Source: a virus
Taxonomy: Duplodnaviria > Caudoviricetes
Reading direction: 5' to 3' (one strand)
Virus record (IMG/VR): IMGVR_UViG_2974770163_000001
Span: 32,001-96,000 of that record
DNA length: 64,000 nt
The notes under the pieces were generated by a model. That model made no database searches. It saw only the letters and a list, made by a program, of their open reading frames with translations, and was not told the origin of the DNA. Of this stretch, positions 19,094 to 27,862 are shown piece by piece (the first letter of the stretch is position 1; every line of letters begins with the position of its first letter). The position numbers and the translations under genes are program-made.

Positions 19094-19558
19094 TTATTCT
19101 TCGGTGAACAAAGCAGGCTGAACAGGATTAATAAAAGTTACTTTAATTTTGTAAGGGCTTTCGCTTCTAGCATTAATAGGTGATACTAGCACTTGCCAGC
19201 CAGCTTCTACAAAGTCCGCTAGGTCTGAGAATAAAAAATCACTCTCTGTCATTAATACAATAACTTCGGTTACATTAACCTTAGTCGTATCAATATCAAT
19301 AAAGGAGTAATAATCCTCTAATGATTTTGCAACATTTTCTATATGTTGAGTAGGCAAGCCACCCGTTACACCCTCCGCAATGTTGCCAAAAATACGGGGT
19401 AAAGCCGATTCGATAGCAGCCGCAACGCTTGCCGCTTCTTGGTCGTTGTTGATCAAGCCTTTACCATAACGAATAATTGAGCCGTCAACAATGTTAATAT
19501 TCTCAATAGCCCCGTTGTCAAATGTTTTGCCGTTGCTGTATACAGTGATCATTTTCAT
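19094..19558 (-). CDS. Hypothetical pre-early protein
   Basis: ORF with RBS in the leftward FST operon. Confidence 0.75.
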   Translation of the reverse strand: MKMITVYSNGKTFDNGAIENINIVDGSIIRYGKGLINNDQEAASVAAAIESALPRIFGNIAEGVTGGLPTQHIENVAKSLEDYYSFIDIDTTKVNVTEVIVLMTESDFLFSDLADFVEAGWQVLVSPINARSESPYKIKVTFINPVQPALFTEE

Positions 19559-19580
19559 GGTTGTTCTCTCTTATTAAGGT

Positions 19581-19781
19581 TTATTCGATTTCGTAGCCAT
19601 CACTATCTAGGATAGTAGAATCTACATTTTCGTTAAGTTGTTCTTGCTCCGCTTCGGTACGGATAGCGGCTTGCTGATCATATGTTAAGGAGTTCCATTC
19701 TTCAACGGATAACCCCGTTTCTACAACGTGGGCAGCCCCTAGCCCATAACCAAAAGTAACATGAATGTTAACAGTTTTCAT
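19581..19781 (-). CDS. Hypothetical pre-early protein (acidic)
   Basis: AGGA RBS; operonic. Confidence 0.7.
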   Translation of the reverse strand: MKTVNIHVTFGYGLGAAHVVETGLSVEEWNSLTYDQQAAIRTEAEQEQLNENVDSTILDSDGYEIE

Positions 19782-20012
19782 TTAATTGTATTCCTGTTTA
19801 ATTCGTGCTATTTGGTGCATTGGGTAAAAGTATTCAGTATCGGGCGTGTCAGTGAAACTCACAAACAAGCCAGCCGTGTCAATATCAACGGTATCGACAT
19901 TCTCAAATACTACCTCTTTTGCATCTTCTTTAAGAAAGCCGTTAGCTTTTAACTTAGACATAACAGCATCAATAAAGATAACCTTAACAACAGTTACATG
20001 TTTCATATTCAT
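19782..20012 (-). CDS. Hypothetical pre-early protein
   Basis: GGAG RBS; YFYPMHQIARIK tail. Confidence 0.7.
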   Translation of the reverse strand: MNMKHVTVVKVIFIDAVMSKLKANGFLKEDAKEVVFENVDTVDIDTAGLFVSFTDTPDTEYFYPMHQIARIKQEYN

Positions 20013-20068
20013 TGCTCCAATGGTAGCCCCTACACAATATAGGGGCGTTGGGTTTAAATTTAAATTAA

Positions 20069-21832
20069 TTAAGCGCGATACTTGCCATTTGTAATTCTTA
20101 CTAGCTGGCGTTGCCCGTTGTTATAGGTAATCAAGTGCGTTTGAGTCCAGCTAGAAGCCCCGATATTATAGCCCATATCTAATGAGCCAGCAACTCCAGC
20201 AGTGTAACATAAGCCGTTTACGCTTGCACTATGAGTGTGACCAGTATTTAAGCGTCCTAACTTCGCAAACTGTTTTGGATTCCCTCGTGAGCCATTAGCC
20301 CCAACATGACCATGACAGCCCATTTCTACGCCAGCGACCTTGAAAGATTCGTCAACAACTAAGAAGCGTATTTGCTCGGCATTCTCTAGCTTAGCTATCT
20401 TTTTAAGCCCTACTTCTAGCGCATTCCAGCCACTGGCGGATTTATGTTCCGCAATATGGCGATATTTATCAAGGTTCATTTCATGATAGAGAATGGCGTT
20501 AGCAGGATCTAGCCCTATATTAACATCCCATGCTTTCAACCAATTTGCTAGGGCTAAATCGTGGTTTGACTCAACGACAACTATCTCACTAAATGGGCGC
20601 ATGATATCGCGGAAAATGTTAGCCGTATCAATGAGATCTTGTTTAACGCTTTCTTGCCCTAAATAATAACGCTCCGCAATAAAATCATAATCACGTCTAT
20701 TGTGATGATTTCGGCTTGTAAAGTCGTGGCTATCATGACAGATAGTAAACTTAGGCTTTAACAAGTCAATCATCGACGGGTAGCCATGCAAGCCAGCACC
20801 CCATGAACAAGCCGCTACAACATGATCAATCTTTTCTGCATGAAGATCACCGAACTGTAAAGCAGAAACATGATTTTCAGCTCTAAACACTTGATCACTT
20901 GTTACATAAGTATCAAGATCATAAAACGAGCCATCATCATTCATGCATTGTAAATGGCGTATAAATGGCGTGTCGTTATCGTCGAATTCTACTAAGATTG
21001 CACCATAGCAATGCAATGATTCTGCTTTCTGACCAGCTAGGCGCTGAATATAATTTCGATGCGTAACCGTTCCCGTTGTAGTTAACTCTCTAACTAGCTC
21101 ACCTTTTAGAGCAGGAATATTAAACATCTGATACTTGGCAGCAGGTACAACCGCATGATGATTGCCTATAATGCTTTCAATGCCTGTTAATGGGTTAATA
21201 GCAGTAGGGGAAATGCATAAAGCACCTAAGAAAGATACTTTCTTGCTTTCGCCTAGAAACACGTTTTCCTCAACAAAATAAGGGGTTAATTCTGGCGCAT
21301 ACCACAATGAATCATCTTGCGCGGTCGGATTCGCGTAGCCTTTCTTGTTATATGCAAATTTAGAGATGATTAATTCAGCCCCTAAATATTCTGCATACGT
21401 TTCTAAGGATTTCAGGAAAGGCACGTTAACAGACGTGTTATTTTGAGCCGTTGTCAAAATAAATGCCTTGCCTGATTTAACTTGCCATTTTGATTGAGCA
21501 GGTTTGAGCGAGCCACCATATACAGGCAAATCAGGGTTATCAGCTTTACGGGCTTTAGCCTTTGTTACTGGCTTGTTCTCATTCAGCCATACTCTGATAG
21601 CAGCCGTGAATTCTGGTTTAATGACTTGCTCCCCGTCCTCGGTGTCATACGCTAGATTTTCCGCTATAACATCCGCTAAACTAGACAGGGCAAACGCTTC
21701 GTTTGCCGTTTTATCTTTTACGGATTCTAGGCGTTTTCCATAGTAATTAACGCCTTTAGCGCATTCTAGCAGGTCAGCCGCCAGATTTTTATCTGCTAAT
21801 AGGTCTGAAATAGTTTTTAAAATGGGATTCAT
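20069..21832 (-). CDS. A1: A1 protein (host DNA degradation / second-step transfer; metallophosphoesterase-like C-terminus)
   Basis: NYYGKRL, TTAQNNT, GDLHAE, SNHD, CHGH and GHTHS motifs; 587 aa. Confidence 0.93.
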   Translation of the reverse strand: MNPILKTISDLLADKNLAADLLECAKGVNYYGKRLESVKDKTANEAFALSSLADVIAENLAYDTEDGEQVIKPEFTAAIRVWLNENKPVTKAKARKADNPDLPVYGGSLKPAQSKWQVKSGKAFILTTAQNNTSVNVPFLKSLETYAEYLGAELIISKFAYNKKGYANPTAQDDSLWYAPELTPYFVEENVFLGESKKVSFLGALCISPTAINPLTGIESIIGNHHAVVPAAKYQMFNIPALKGELVRELTTTGTVTHRNYIQRLAGQKAESLHCYGAILVEFDDNDTPFIRHLQCMNDDGSFYDLDTYVTSDQVFRAENHVSALQFGDLHAEKIDHVVAACSWGAGLHGYPSMIDLLKPKFTICHDSHDFTSRNHHNRRDYDFIAERYYLGQESVKQDLIDTANIFRDIMRPFSEIVVVESNHDLALANWLKAWDVNIGLDPANAILYHEMNLDKYRHIAEHKSASGWNALEVGLKKIAKLENAEQIRFLVVDESFKVAGVEMGCHGHVGANGSRGNPKQFAKLGRLNTGHTHSASVNGLCYTAGVAGSLDMGYNIGASSWTQTHLITYNNGQRQLVRITNGKYRA

Positions 21833-21907
21833 TTATATAGCTCCTAATTAAAGGGTTTTAGTGGTAACGAACTAGCCACCTCCGAAAAGGTGACTAGGGC
21901 GAATCAC

Positions 21908-22372
21908 TTATAAGCGATCGATGCCGTTTTCTTCCATAATGCCCTGTAATACATCATCAGGACATACCTTTTTAACAATCATAATGATTGTATCAAGGTT
22001 GGCTTTTTCAAGACTAGCCCAATCGTCTTTTTCTTGATCGTTGTCGGACATATCACGCTGAAGGGCACGAATCAGAGTGATTTTTTGTAATTTCTTACCG
22101 CCGCCAACTGGCTGCTTTACTTCAAGGGCACGATAAATTTTGTTGCCGTTTTCATCTTTAGAAGATGACAACTTAGTACGGACAGCCGTAGCCGTGTACG
22201 TTTCACCATCACCGCTAATTTGTTCACCGATAGACGCTAGATTATCGACAGCGTTTGCCGCTGTGATTTCCGCATCAGTTGGGGCGGTTGGGTCAGCAAA
22301 TGCCGCTAAATATAAATCGATAGCTTTTGCGGTTACTTCTTCATTCCAGCGTTTTTTAGATGGAGTAGACAT
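21908..22372 (-). CDS. A2: A2 DNA-binding protein (second-step transfer)
   Basis: WNEEVTAKAI...VRTKLSS...VGGG...ASLEKANLDT resembles T5 A2. Confidence 0.88.
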   Translation of the reverse strand: MSTPSKKRWNEEVTAKAIDLYLAAFADPTAPTDAEITAANAVDNLASIGEQISGDGETYTATAVRTKLSSSKDENGNKIYRALEVKQPVGGGKKLQKITLIRALQRDMSDNDQEKDDWASLEKANLDTIIMIVKKVCPDDVLQGIMEENGIDRL

Positions 22373-22570
22373 AATTTAATACCTCATTTTTCATGGTTTA
22401 AGTTTAAGTTATACACTTCTCATTAGTGTATTATGAATAGAGCCTGTCTGTCAAGCCCTATTAATTACACTATCAAGAGGAGTCTAAGCAATGGCAACTG
22501 CTTAATGAAGCCCTGAATTTCAAGGCTTGTTTAAGCATCCAATCTTAGCTATTTCACCGTGTTTTCCGTA

Positions 22571-22638
22571 TTGTTAAAGAGCGTGGTTAGTTGCCTAACC
22601 TTTGAATCTATCTTATATCAGCCGCCTGGTTAAGTCAA
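22571..22638 (-). promoter_or_regulatory. Pre-early promoter P1 with GNRA hairpin and boxA
   Basis: TTGACT-N17-TAAGAT, then GGTTAG-GCAA-CTAACC, then CGCTCTTTAACAA. Confidence 0.8.
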
Positions 22639-22642
22639 GCGT

Positions 22643-22942
22643 TTATTTCCAAATACTTCTATTAATGCTTTGTTGCGATTCTATCGTTTCTACAACTTGA
22701 ATCACTATACCTAGATTATGCCATGCTTCGCTTGCCTTGTCAAACAGTTTTTTATCACCGTTGAAATACTGATCTAGCGTAGCTTTGTAAGCGTTGCGAA
22801 TTATCTTAGCTTCTTTCTTAAGCCTTGTCAAGTCAATTTTATGATCAATTCGCTCGGTTAACGCTTCGTTTGCTGTTATGCCTTGTGAAGCTACTAAGGT
22901 ACATAACACTTGGTTAAAAGATTGTTTTGCCATGTTTGCCAT
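22643..22942 (-). CDS. Pre-early protein, probably conserved in T5-like phages
   Basis: SFNQVL...EALTERIDHKID motif; GAGGA RBS; upstream of A2. Confidence 0.75.
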   Translation of the reverse strand: MANMAKQSFNQVLCTLVASQGITANEALTERIDHKIDLTRLKKEAKIIRNAYKATLDQYFNGDKKLFDKASEAWHNLGIVIQVVETIESQQSINRSIWK

Positions 22943-22980
22943 TCCTCAATAGTTGGGTAGGCGGCTGATATAAGTTAGAT

Positions 22981-23037
22981 TATTAAAGAGCGTGTTTCTA
23001 TGGTTAGTATCTTAAAGCCTAGTAAAGTTTTTGTCAA
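22981..23037 (-). promoter_or_regulatory. Pre-early promoter P2 with boxA
   Basis: TTGACA-N17-TAAGAT, then CGCTCTTTAATA. Confidence 0.8.
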
Positions 23038-23379
23038 TTACTTATTTGAGTATTGCATAACATTTTCAATATATACGATTCTAGCCGCTATATATAAGCA
23101 ACGATAGAATCGTAAAGCTAACTGATCTTTACATATCCCATAGTGAGTGGGCATTTTTGACGCTTCGGGAAATTTTTCTTCTAGGTCTGATAATAAGCGA
23201 ACTAATGAAGCCCATTTAACAGAACCATTATCAAGCCCCTTTTCAAGATCTAACATGATGCAAGTTGCTACCTTATCGATATCATTTCTAACCACTATAG
23301 GAAATGATAATAATTCTAGTATTAACTGTAATGTATCATTGCTTAAAAAGGTTGCTTTAATCTTTCTTACTTTTGCCAT
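23038..23379 (-). CDS. Hypothetical pre-early protein
   Basis: GGAG RBS; flanked by a 22-bp inverted repeat. Confidence 0.7.
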   Translation of the reverse strand: MAKVRKIKATFLSNDTLQLILELLSFPIVVRNDIDKVATCIMLDLEKGLDNGSVKWASLVRLLSDLEEKFPEASKMPTHYGICKDQLALRFYRCLYIAARIVYIENVMQYSNK

Positions 23380-23427
23380 TTGTACTTACTCCGATAGTAT
23401 ACACTAGGCTTTAAGATACTAACCGTA

Positions 23428-23440
23428 TTTTTAAAGAGCG
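23428..23440 (-). promoter_or_regulatory. boxA-like element in the leader of the outermost leftward pre-early transcript
   Basis: CGCTCTTTAAAAA; candidate TTGCTT-N16-TAATAT promoter at about 23528-23555. Confidence 0.6.
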
Positions 23441-23733
23441 TTACTACTAGGAACTTATCCAGTCATTCATATGCCACTGGCGGCTACTTCGTGGGCTTTC
23501 CTTGCCTTGTTCCTTACTATGTGGAGTATATTATCACACTGATTAAAGAAAGCAACTATTATTTTAGATTATTTTGCTGGCGGTAGGATATAAGGAAACG
23601 GGCGCGTGATTATACACAAGTTAACTAGGAAGTAAAGAAAAACTATTTAGTAAAAGATGCAAAAAGAGCTTGCATTTAATAACCGTGGTGCTAATATGTA
23701 TCACATCGAAAGGCAAACAAAGGAGGGAGCAAA

Positions 23734-24813
23734 ATGACCGTCAAGGCACTTAAAAGCAATCGAGCGATAGCTCGAAGCGGTCACATTAACACAATTGAGC
23801 AATTAAGACAATCAGACGTTGGGGGTTTTCCATCAACTAGTATTGTTAGCCGAGCTACGCCTAGGCAGCTTAATAATATAATGCATACGGCAGGCAATGA
23901 GGAGCAATCTGTATTAACTCCTTTAAGTAGTCAAAGTGCGTATAAACATATTAAAAATTTGCTTGATTTACTTGTTTCCGGTGTGGTAGAATACATTACA
24001 ATCTACTCGCCAGATGGTACGTTAATAAGTGATCACTATTATTCTACACGTCGATCTATGGAGGAGGATTGCGATTCCGCTTACTCTAAGGCTAAGGACG
24101 ATTTACTAATCTTAGCTAGATCTAGTAATGGCATCATGTTAACATGGGGTAGCTATGACGCTAGAAAGTCGGCAGGTGTCGGGGTCAAGGTAGAGTGTGA
24201 GGTTTTCAATCAAAATGATAACCTATTTGACGCTATCTATGATATATTTAACCATGCTAACTATAACGATTTAATTGACGTGGATTTATCCGATAAGCTA
24301 CGCAATCAGGGCGTTATTATACAGGGTCATACAGTTAGCGAGAACAAGTATACACAAGTAATTATAGAGGAATTTTTAAAATCATCTATAAGCGAAGCTG
24401 GCGAAACAGCAGAGCAACCAATCGAAACCAAAGAGGAAACTAGCAAAATGAAAACAACATTCAGCACTATCTTAGCAGAAAACAAAGCAGCAGCAATCAA
24501 CGCTGGCGAGATGGAAACGGGGCGTTTAGTCGTTAATCGTATTGTGGCAGTCGTTAAAAAGCGTGCTCCGCTAATGGTTAAAGGTTACATTGATACACCA
24601 GTAGGGCGCATTGCAGTAGCAAATTTATTTGCCGCTTTAGTGCGAGAATATCTACCTGATAACGCACTGGCAGGACGTGCGGCAGACGGGGCGGTGAAGT
24701 CGGCAGCTTATGAAGTATTGCGCGATATTGATATACCAGCAATTCTGGAAGAAGTATTGGCAGGATTCAAAGAAGCGGAACCAGCACCAGCAGACGAAAA
24801 GATCGCACTGTAA
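23734..24813 (+). CDS. Hypothetical pre-early protein (possible internal start at MKTTFS)
   Basis: GGAGG RBS; Ala-rich C-terminal domain preceded by GAGGA. Confidence 0.8.
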   Translation: MTVKALKSNRAIARSGHINTIEQLRQSDVGGFPSTSIVSRATPRQLNNIMHTAGNEEQSVLTPLSSQSAYKHIKNLLDLLVSGVVEYITIYSPDGTLISDHYYSTRRSMEEDCDSAYSKAKDDLLILARSSNGIMLTWGSYDARKSAGVGVKVECEVFNQNDNLFDAIYDIFNHANYNDLIDVDLSDKLRNQGVIIQGHTVSENKYTQVIIEEFLKSSISEAGETAEQPIETKEETSKMKTTFSTILAENKAAAINAGEMETGRLVVNRIVAVVKKRAPLMVKGYIDTPVGRIAVANLFAALVREYLPDNALAGRAADGAVKSAAYEVLRDIDIPAILEEVLAGFKEAEPAPADEKIAL

Positions 24814-24861
24814 CATAAAGGCAGGGGCTAGAACTTAGCCCCTAATTAAAGAGGTGATACA

Positions 24862-25263
24862 ATGGCAAAAGTTATCAATTTTGAGTGTGTACACGTCTTA
24901 AATATCCGTACAACGGGGCAAGCGTTATCGTGGAAAAGCGCACTAGAACAGATTAGTAAGTGTACTAAATGCCAATATGTTACTGTTACATTAGGTCGCT
25001 TGGTTTTCCGTATTGACTGGCTAATACTGGCTAGTATTTACGAATCTTTACAATTAAATATGCCGTTTAGTGTTGCAGTAGGGGGCGAAATCTGGTATAT
25101 TGAACAATATCAGGACGTGGAACAATTGTTTTATAACGTTCCTGTAAGCCGTCTTTTTATGAAAGAGGGAGTAGCTTATTATGTGGGCGATATTATCGGG
25201 CTATGTGGAGAAGTTACTAAGGGTCAAGGGATTACGAATCATAGTACTGCTAATTTTAGCTGA
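24862..25263 (+). CDS. Hypothetical pre-early protein
   Basis: GAGGTG RBS. Confidence 0.75.
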   Translation: MAKVINFECVHVLNIRTTGQALSWKSALEQISKCTKCQYVTVTLGRLVFRIDWLILASIYESLQLNMPFSVAVGGEIWYIEQYQDVEQLFYNVPVSRLFMKEGVAYYVGDIIGLCGEVTKGQGITNHSTANFS

Positions 25264-25314
25264 GTTATTATATCGTGTTTTCTTTGAATCTAAGTACTAC
25301 TTTTATACGCTCCA

Positions 25315-25422
25315 ATGACCATATTTAAAGTGTTGCTAGTTAGTGGCTGTATATGTATAGTTTGGCATATATTAGCCCACTGGCTAGATAGTAGACGCTT
25401 AAAACGTATGGGTAAAGGCTGA
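25315..25422 (+). CDS. Small membrane peptide (35 aa, MTIFKVLLVSGCICIVWHILAHWLDSRRLKRMGKG)
   Basis: Hydrophobic N-terminus and basic tail; weak RBS. Confidence 0.45.
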   Translation: MTIFKVLLVSGCICIVWHILAHWLDSRRLKRMGKG

Positions 25423-25445
25423 TATCTAACCTATAGGGGGTTATA

Positions 25446-25562
25446 ATGTGGGATCTATTTCTATCCCCCAATGGGGATTTAAGCTGGCTTTCTTTGTTGC
25501 TGGCGGCTGTATGCACTATAGCTATTTTAGTGATCTTTGATGATAACGAGCCGTTACTATAG
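25446..25562 (+). CDS. Small membrane peptide (38 aa, MWDLFLSPNGDLSWLSLLLAAVCTIAILVIFDDNEPLL)
   Basis: AGGGGG RBS. Confidence 0.6.
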   Translation: MWDLFLSPNGDLSWLSLLLAAVCTIAILVIFDDNEPLL

Positions 25563-25570
25563 GGTTTTAT

Positions 25571-25657
25571 ATGAAGTGTGACAAGGTAGGCGTATATTGC
25601 AACATTCTAGCGGCTGGCATCTTTGGGTTAATGATTTTATCATGTATCTTAAAGTAA
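25571..25657 (+). CDS. Small membrane peptide (28 aa, MKCDKVGVYCNILAAGIFGLMILSCILK)
   Basis: AGGG RBS; follows the previous stop. Confidence 0.5.
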   Translation: MKCDKVGVYCNILAAGIFGLMILSCILK

Positions 25658-25740
25658 TTCTTTATATGTTGGCTATTTTATGCCCTGTGTTCGGGGCTTC
25701 AAGCGGCTTAATGTGGTTAATGACTGTATTAGCAGGATAG
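25642..25740 (+). CDS. Small membrane peptide (32 aa, MYLKVILYMLAILCPVFGASSGLMWLMTVLAG)
   Basis: Overlaps the previous ORF; strongly hydrophobic. Confidence 0.45.
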   Translation: MYLKVILYMLAILCPVFGASSGLMWLMTVLAG

Positions 25741-26140
25741 CACAAAAAGCTAAAACAATTTAATCTAGATAGGGTAATATTACCCTACCAACACAAAACG
25801 AGGGTTTAAATATGGAAAAATTAAAACTGGCATTCCCTACTGCATTTTCTGAGCTAGTTGAATGCTTTGGGGAAAAGCAAGCTGAAATTGAGCTTGAGAA
25901 GTTAGTCGAGCGTCAAAAGGTTAACCCTAAATTAGATTTAGAAGATAAGCCATTATTAGCCGCTTTTGTGTGGGAAGAAACGGAACAGGGTCATGAGTAC
26001 TGGCGAGAGCTTTTATACTCAAAAGACCTACTATCACCTTTGTTCTATTTCTTGTCCGACTCTAGCCATACAGACGACGAATAGCACGAAAAGCTAAAAC
26101 ATTTAAATTCAGGTAGGGTAATATAGCCCTACCAACACAA
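25738..26140 (+). repeat. Duplicated ~60-bp leader cassette (about 25738-25797 and 26082-26141)
   Basis: TAGCAC.AAAAGCTAAAACA.TT.AAT..AG.TAGGGTAATAT..CCCTACCAACACAAA twice, each upstream of a paralogous ORF. Confidence 0.85.
25812..26084 (+). CDS. Hypothetical protein with AAFxW...QGxEYW motif
   Basis: GAGGG RBS; AAFVWEETEQGHEYW. Confidence 0.8.
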   Translation: MEKLKLAFPTAFSELVECFGEKQAEIELEKLVERQKVNPKLDLEDKPLLAAFVWEETEQGHEYWRELLYSKDLLSPLFYFLSDSSHTDDE

Positions 26141-26169
26141 ATAAACCAATGATTTGAGAGGTAGTAAAA

Positions 26170-26598
26170 ATGACCATTATCCAACGTATGCCTAAATTTG
26201 TTTCTACTATGGTAGCAGTATTTGACGGGGACGCAGACCTTGCAGCGCAGATCATTAACGAGTTAGAAGCGGCAGGAGTAGAATTCGCAGAAAAAGATTG
26301 TGTTAGCTTGGGGGCGGCTTTTGATTGGCAGCAATCCCCGCAAGGTCGGGAGTATTGGGATATGATGGACGATAAAGCGGAGCAGGTACTAGGCGAAGAT
26401 TACCGCTTGCCAGACTTTCAAGAGTGTGGTTGTCCAGCTTGTCAAATGACCGTTAAACTAGGCGGCACAATTGATGCAATCATGGTTGTAGGATCGCTGG
26501 GCTTGCTAGTAGAGGCTATTCCTGAGCCAATGATCAAAGATATGGTAACTCGTGCTAAGGAAGATCGCCTTAAAGAAAGAGCAGGGCGCACGCACTAA
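26170..26598 (+). CDS. Hypothetical protein, paralog of the previous ORF with an extra CGCPAC motif
   Basis: GAGGT RBS; AAFDWQQSPQGREYW. Confidence 0.8.
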   Translation: MTIIQRMPKFVSTMVAVFDGDADLAAQIINELEAAGVEFAEKDCVSLGAAFDWQQSPQGREYWDMMDDKAEQVLGEDYRLPDFQECGCPACQMTVKLGGTIDAIMVVGSLGLLVEAIPEPMIKDMVTRAKEDRLKERAGRTH

Positions 26599-26669
26599 CA
26601 TTAATTTAGTTGCTAAGTTTATGCCCCCTCTATGTATAATAGGGGGCATCAAAAGAAAGGGGGTAGCAA

Positions 26670-26780
26670 ATGATCTTATTTACTTTGTGGGGCGTTATTC
26701 AGTGGGCTACATTGGTTTATATCCTCGTTACCCCGTATGTATTAAATGCCGTAGTAGCCGCACAGTTAGCAGGCGTATAA
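26670..26780 (+). CDS. Small membrane peptide (36 aa, MILFTLWGVIQWATLVYILVTPYVLNAVVAAQLAGV)
   Basis: AAGGGGG RBS downstream of TATAAT. Confidence 0.6.
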   Translation: MILFTLWGVIQWATLVYILVTPYVLNAVVAAQLAGV

Positions 26781-26831
26781 CTTCTAAGGAGGTTATACAC
26801 AAGTTAACCGTAAACAATCGAGGGTATTAAA

Positions 26832-27101
26832 ATGAAATTATCTAAACTGGTATTAGCTACTTTAGTGTTAAGCTTGGCAGGTTGTGCGACTACTGGCGAA
26901 AAACCAGCTATAACCCCTAAAACGTGTATGGGTATCATGGAAGTTTCGACCATGAATCGCACCTACTCAGTGGACTTGAAAGCCGTCAAAACTAACAAGT
27001 ATGGCGAAACGTTCTATCAGGTTAAAGGCTACAATCCATTTGTAGGCGGGGCAGGTTGGGTTCGTGAAGATGCTTTTCAGTCTGTAATATGTAATGAATG
27101 A
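26832..27101 (+). CDS. cor: Cor-like outer-membrane lipoprotein (receptor blocking / superinfection exclusion)
   Basis: LAGC lipobox; C..G....V..VK.....T.Y...G.....WV....F....C pattern of phi80/N15/T1 Cor. Confidence 0.72.
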   Translation: MKLSKLVLATLVLSLAGCATTGEKPAITPKTCMGIMEVSTMNRTYSVDLKAVKTNKYGETFYQVKGYNPFVGGAGWVREDAFQSVICNE

Positions 27102-27294
27102 GATCATATATATTAAACGCTTTATATCCCTATACTGGCATTTTATAGGGGTAGTCGAAGCGATGCACGAAAAGGCAGTTAGTGAGAATCACCAATACGG
27201 GATTGACCTAACTAGACGTAAACTAGACCGCCTTAAAATTGATCTGCTAGGCTGGCAAGATAAGCTGATGCACGAGATAAAAAATACAAAATAG
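27094..27294 (+). CDS. Hypothetical pre-early protein
   Basis: Overlaps the stop of the cor-like gene. Confidence 0.6.
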   Translation: MNEIIYIKRFISLYWHFIGVVEAMHEKAVSENHQYGIDLTRRKLDRLKIDLLGWQDKLMHEIKNTK

Positions 27295-27358
27295 TCATTG
27301 ACACTATAGCCCTTTCGATGTATATTATATGCATACACCAAAACGAGAGGGCTACAAA

Positions 27359-27628
27359 ATGATTATTCGTATTTCTGGCATTAACATAAATAACGATTTA
27401 GATATGTTTGACGCACTGGCGGGCGCAGGTTATGCAGGGGCACTAGATCGCCTAGACGATATAACAGCAGAGTTAGACGTGAGAGATTATGCCTTTAGAC
27501 AACGGGCAGGGATCGAGGAAGCAGATGTATTACAAATGATCAGTGAGCTTACATCATTAGGACTAACTCTAACGATAGTCGGAGAACCTAACACTAGCCT
27601 ATTAGAAGCCGTGATTGCAGGCAACTAA
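27359..27628 (+). CDS. Hypothetical protein, last pre-early gene
   Basis: GAGGG RBS before MIIRISG; own TTGACA-N17-TATATT promoter. Confidence 0.75.
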   Translation: MIIRISGININNDLDMFDALAGAGYAGALDRLDDITAELDVRDYAFRQRAGIEEADVLQMISELTSLGLTLTIVGEPNTSLLEAVIAGN

Positions 27629-27647
27629 CAACCATAACAACCATAAC

Positions 27648-27675
27648 AGCCTTGCAGAAATGCAGGGCTTTTTTA
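27648..27675 (+). terminator. Intrinsic terminator ending the rightward pre-early operon
   Basis: AGCCTTGCA-GAAA-TGCAGGGCT plus T-tract. Confidence 0.85.
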
Positions 27676-27786
27676 TGCCCCTAGCCTCTCAAGCCCCTAT
27701 AAGACTATCCCTATCACAATTAAACCTCTCACAATGGCTTACAGTGCGTTTCATTGGACAACCGCATTATATGCTATCAGAGACTA

Positions 27787-27802
27787 CTGTATAAATAAAC
27801 AG
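27787..27802. promoter_or_regulatory. LexA (SOS) box
   Basis: taCTGTATAAATAAACAG = CTGT-N8-ACAG with AT-rich core. Confidence 0.8.
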
Positions 27803-27840
27803 GTTCAAAACTGTGGATAAGTCCTGTGGATAAGTCGAAA

Positions 27841-27854
27841 TGAATCGATTCAGC
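27841..27854. promoter_or_regulatory. Cra (FruR) box
   Basis: GCTGAATCGATTCA on the minus strand. Confidence 0.65.
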
Positions 27855-27862
27855 AAGCCCCC

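Noticed and set aside
26552-26830. 92-aa ORF from the track
   Set aside because: No SD and spans a promoter-like hairpin; the nested 36-aa ORF at 26670 has a good SD.
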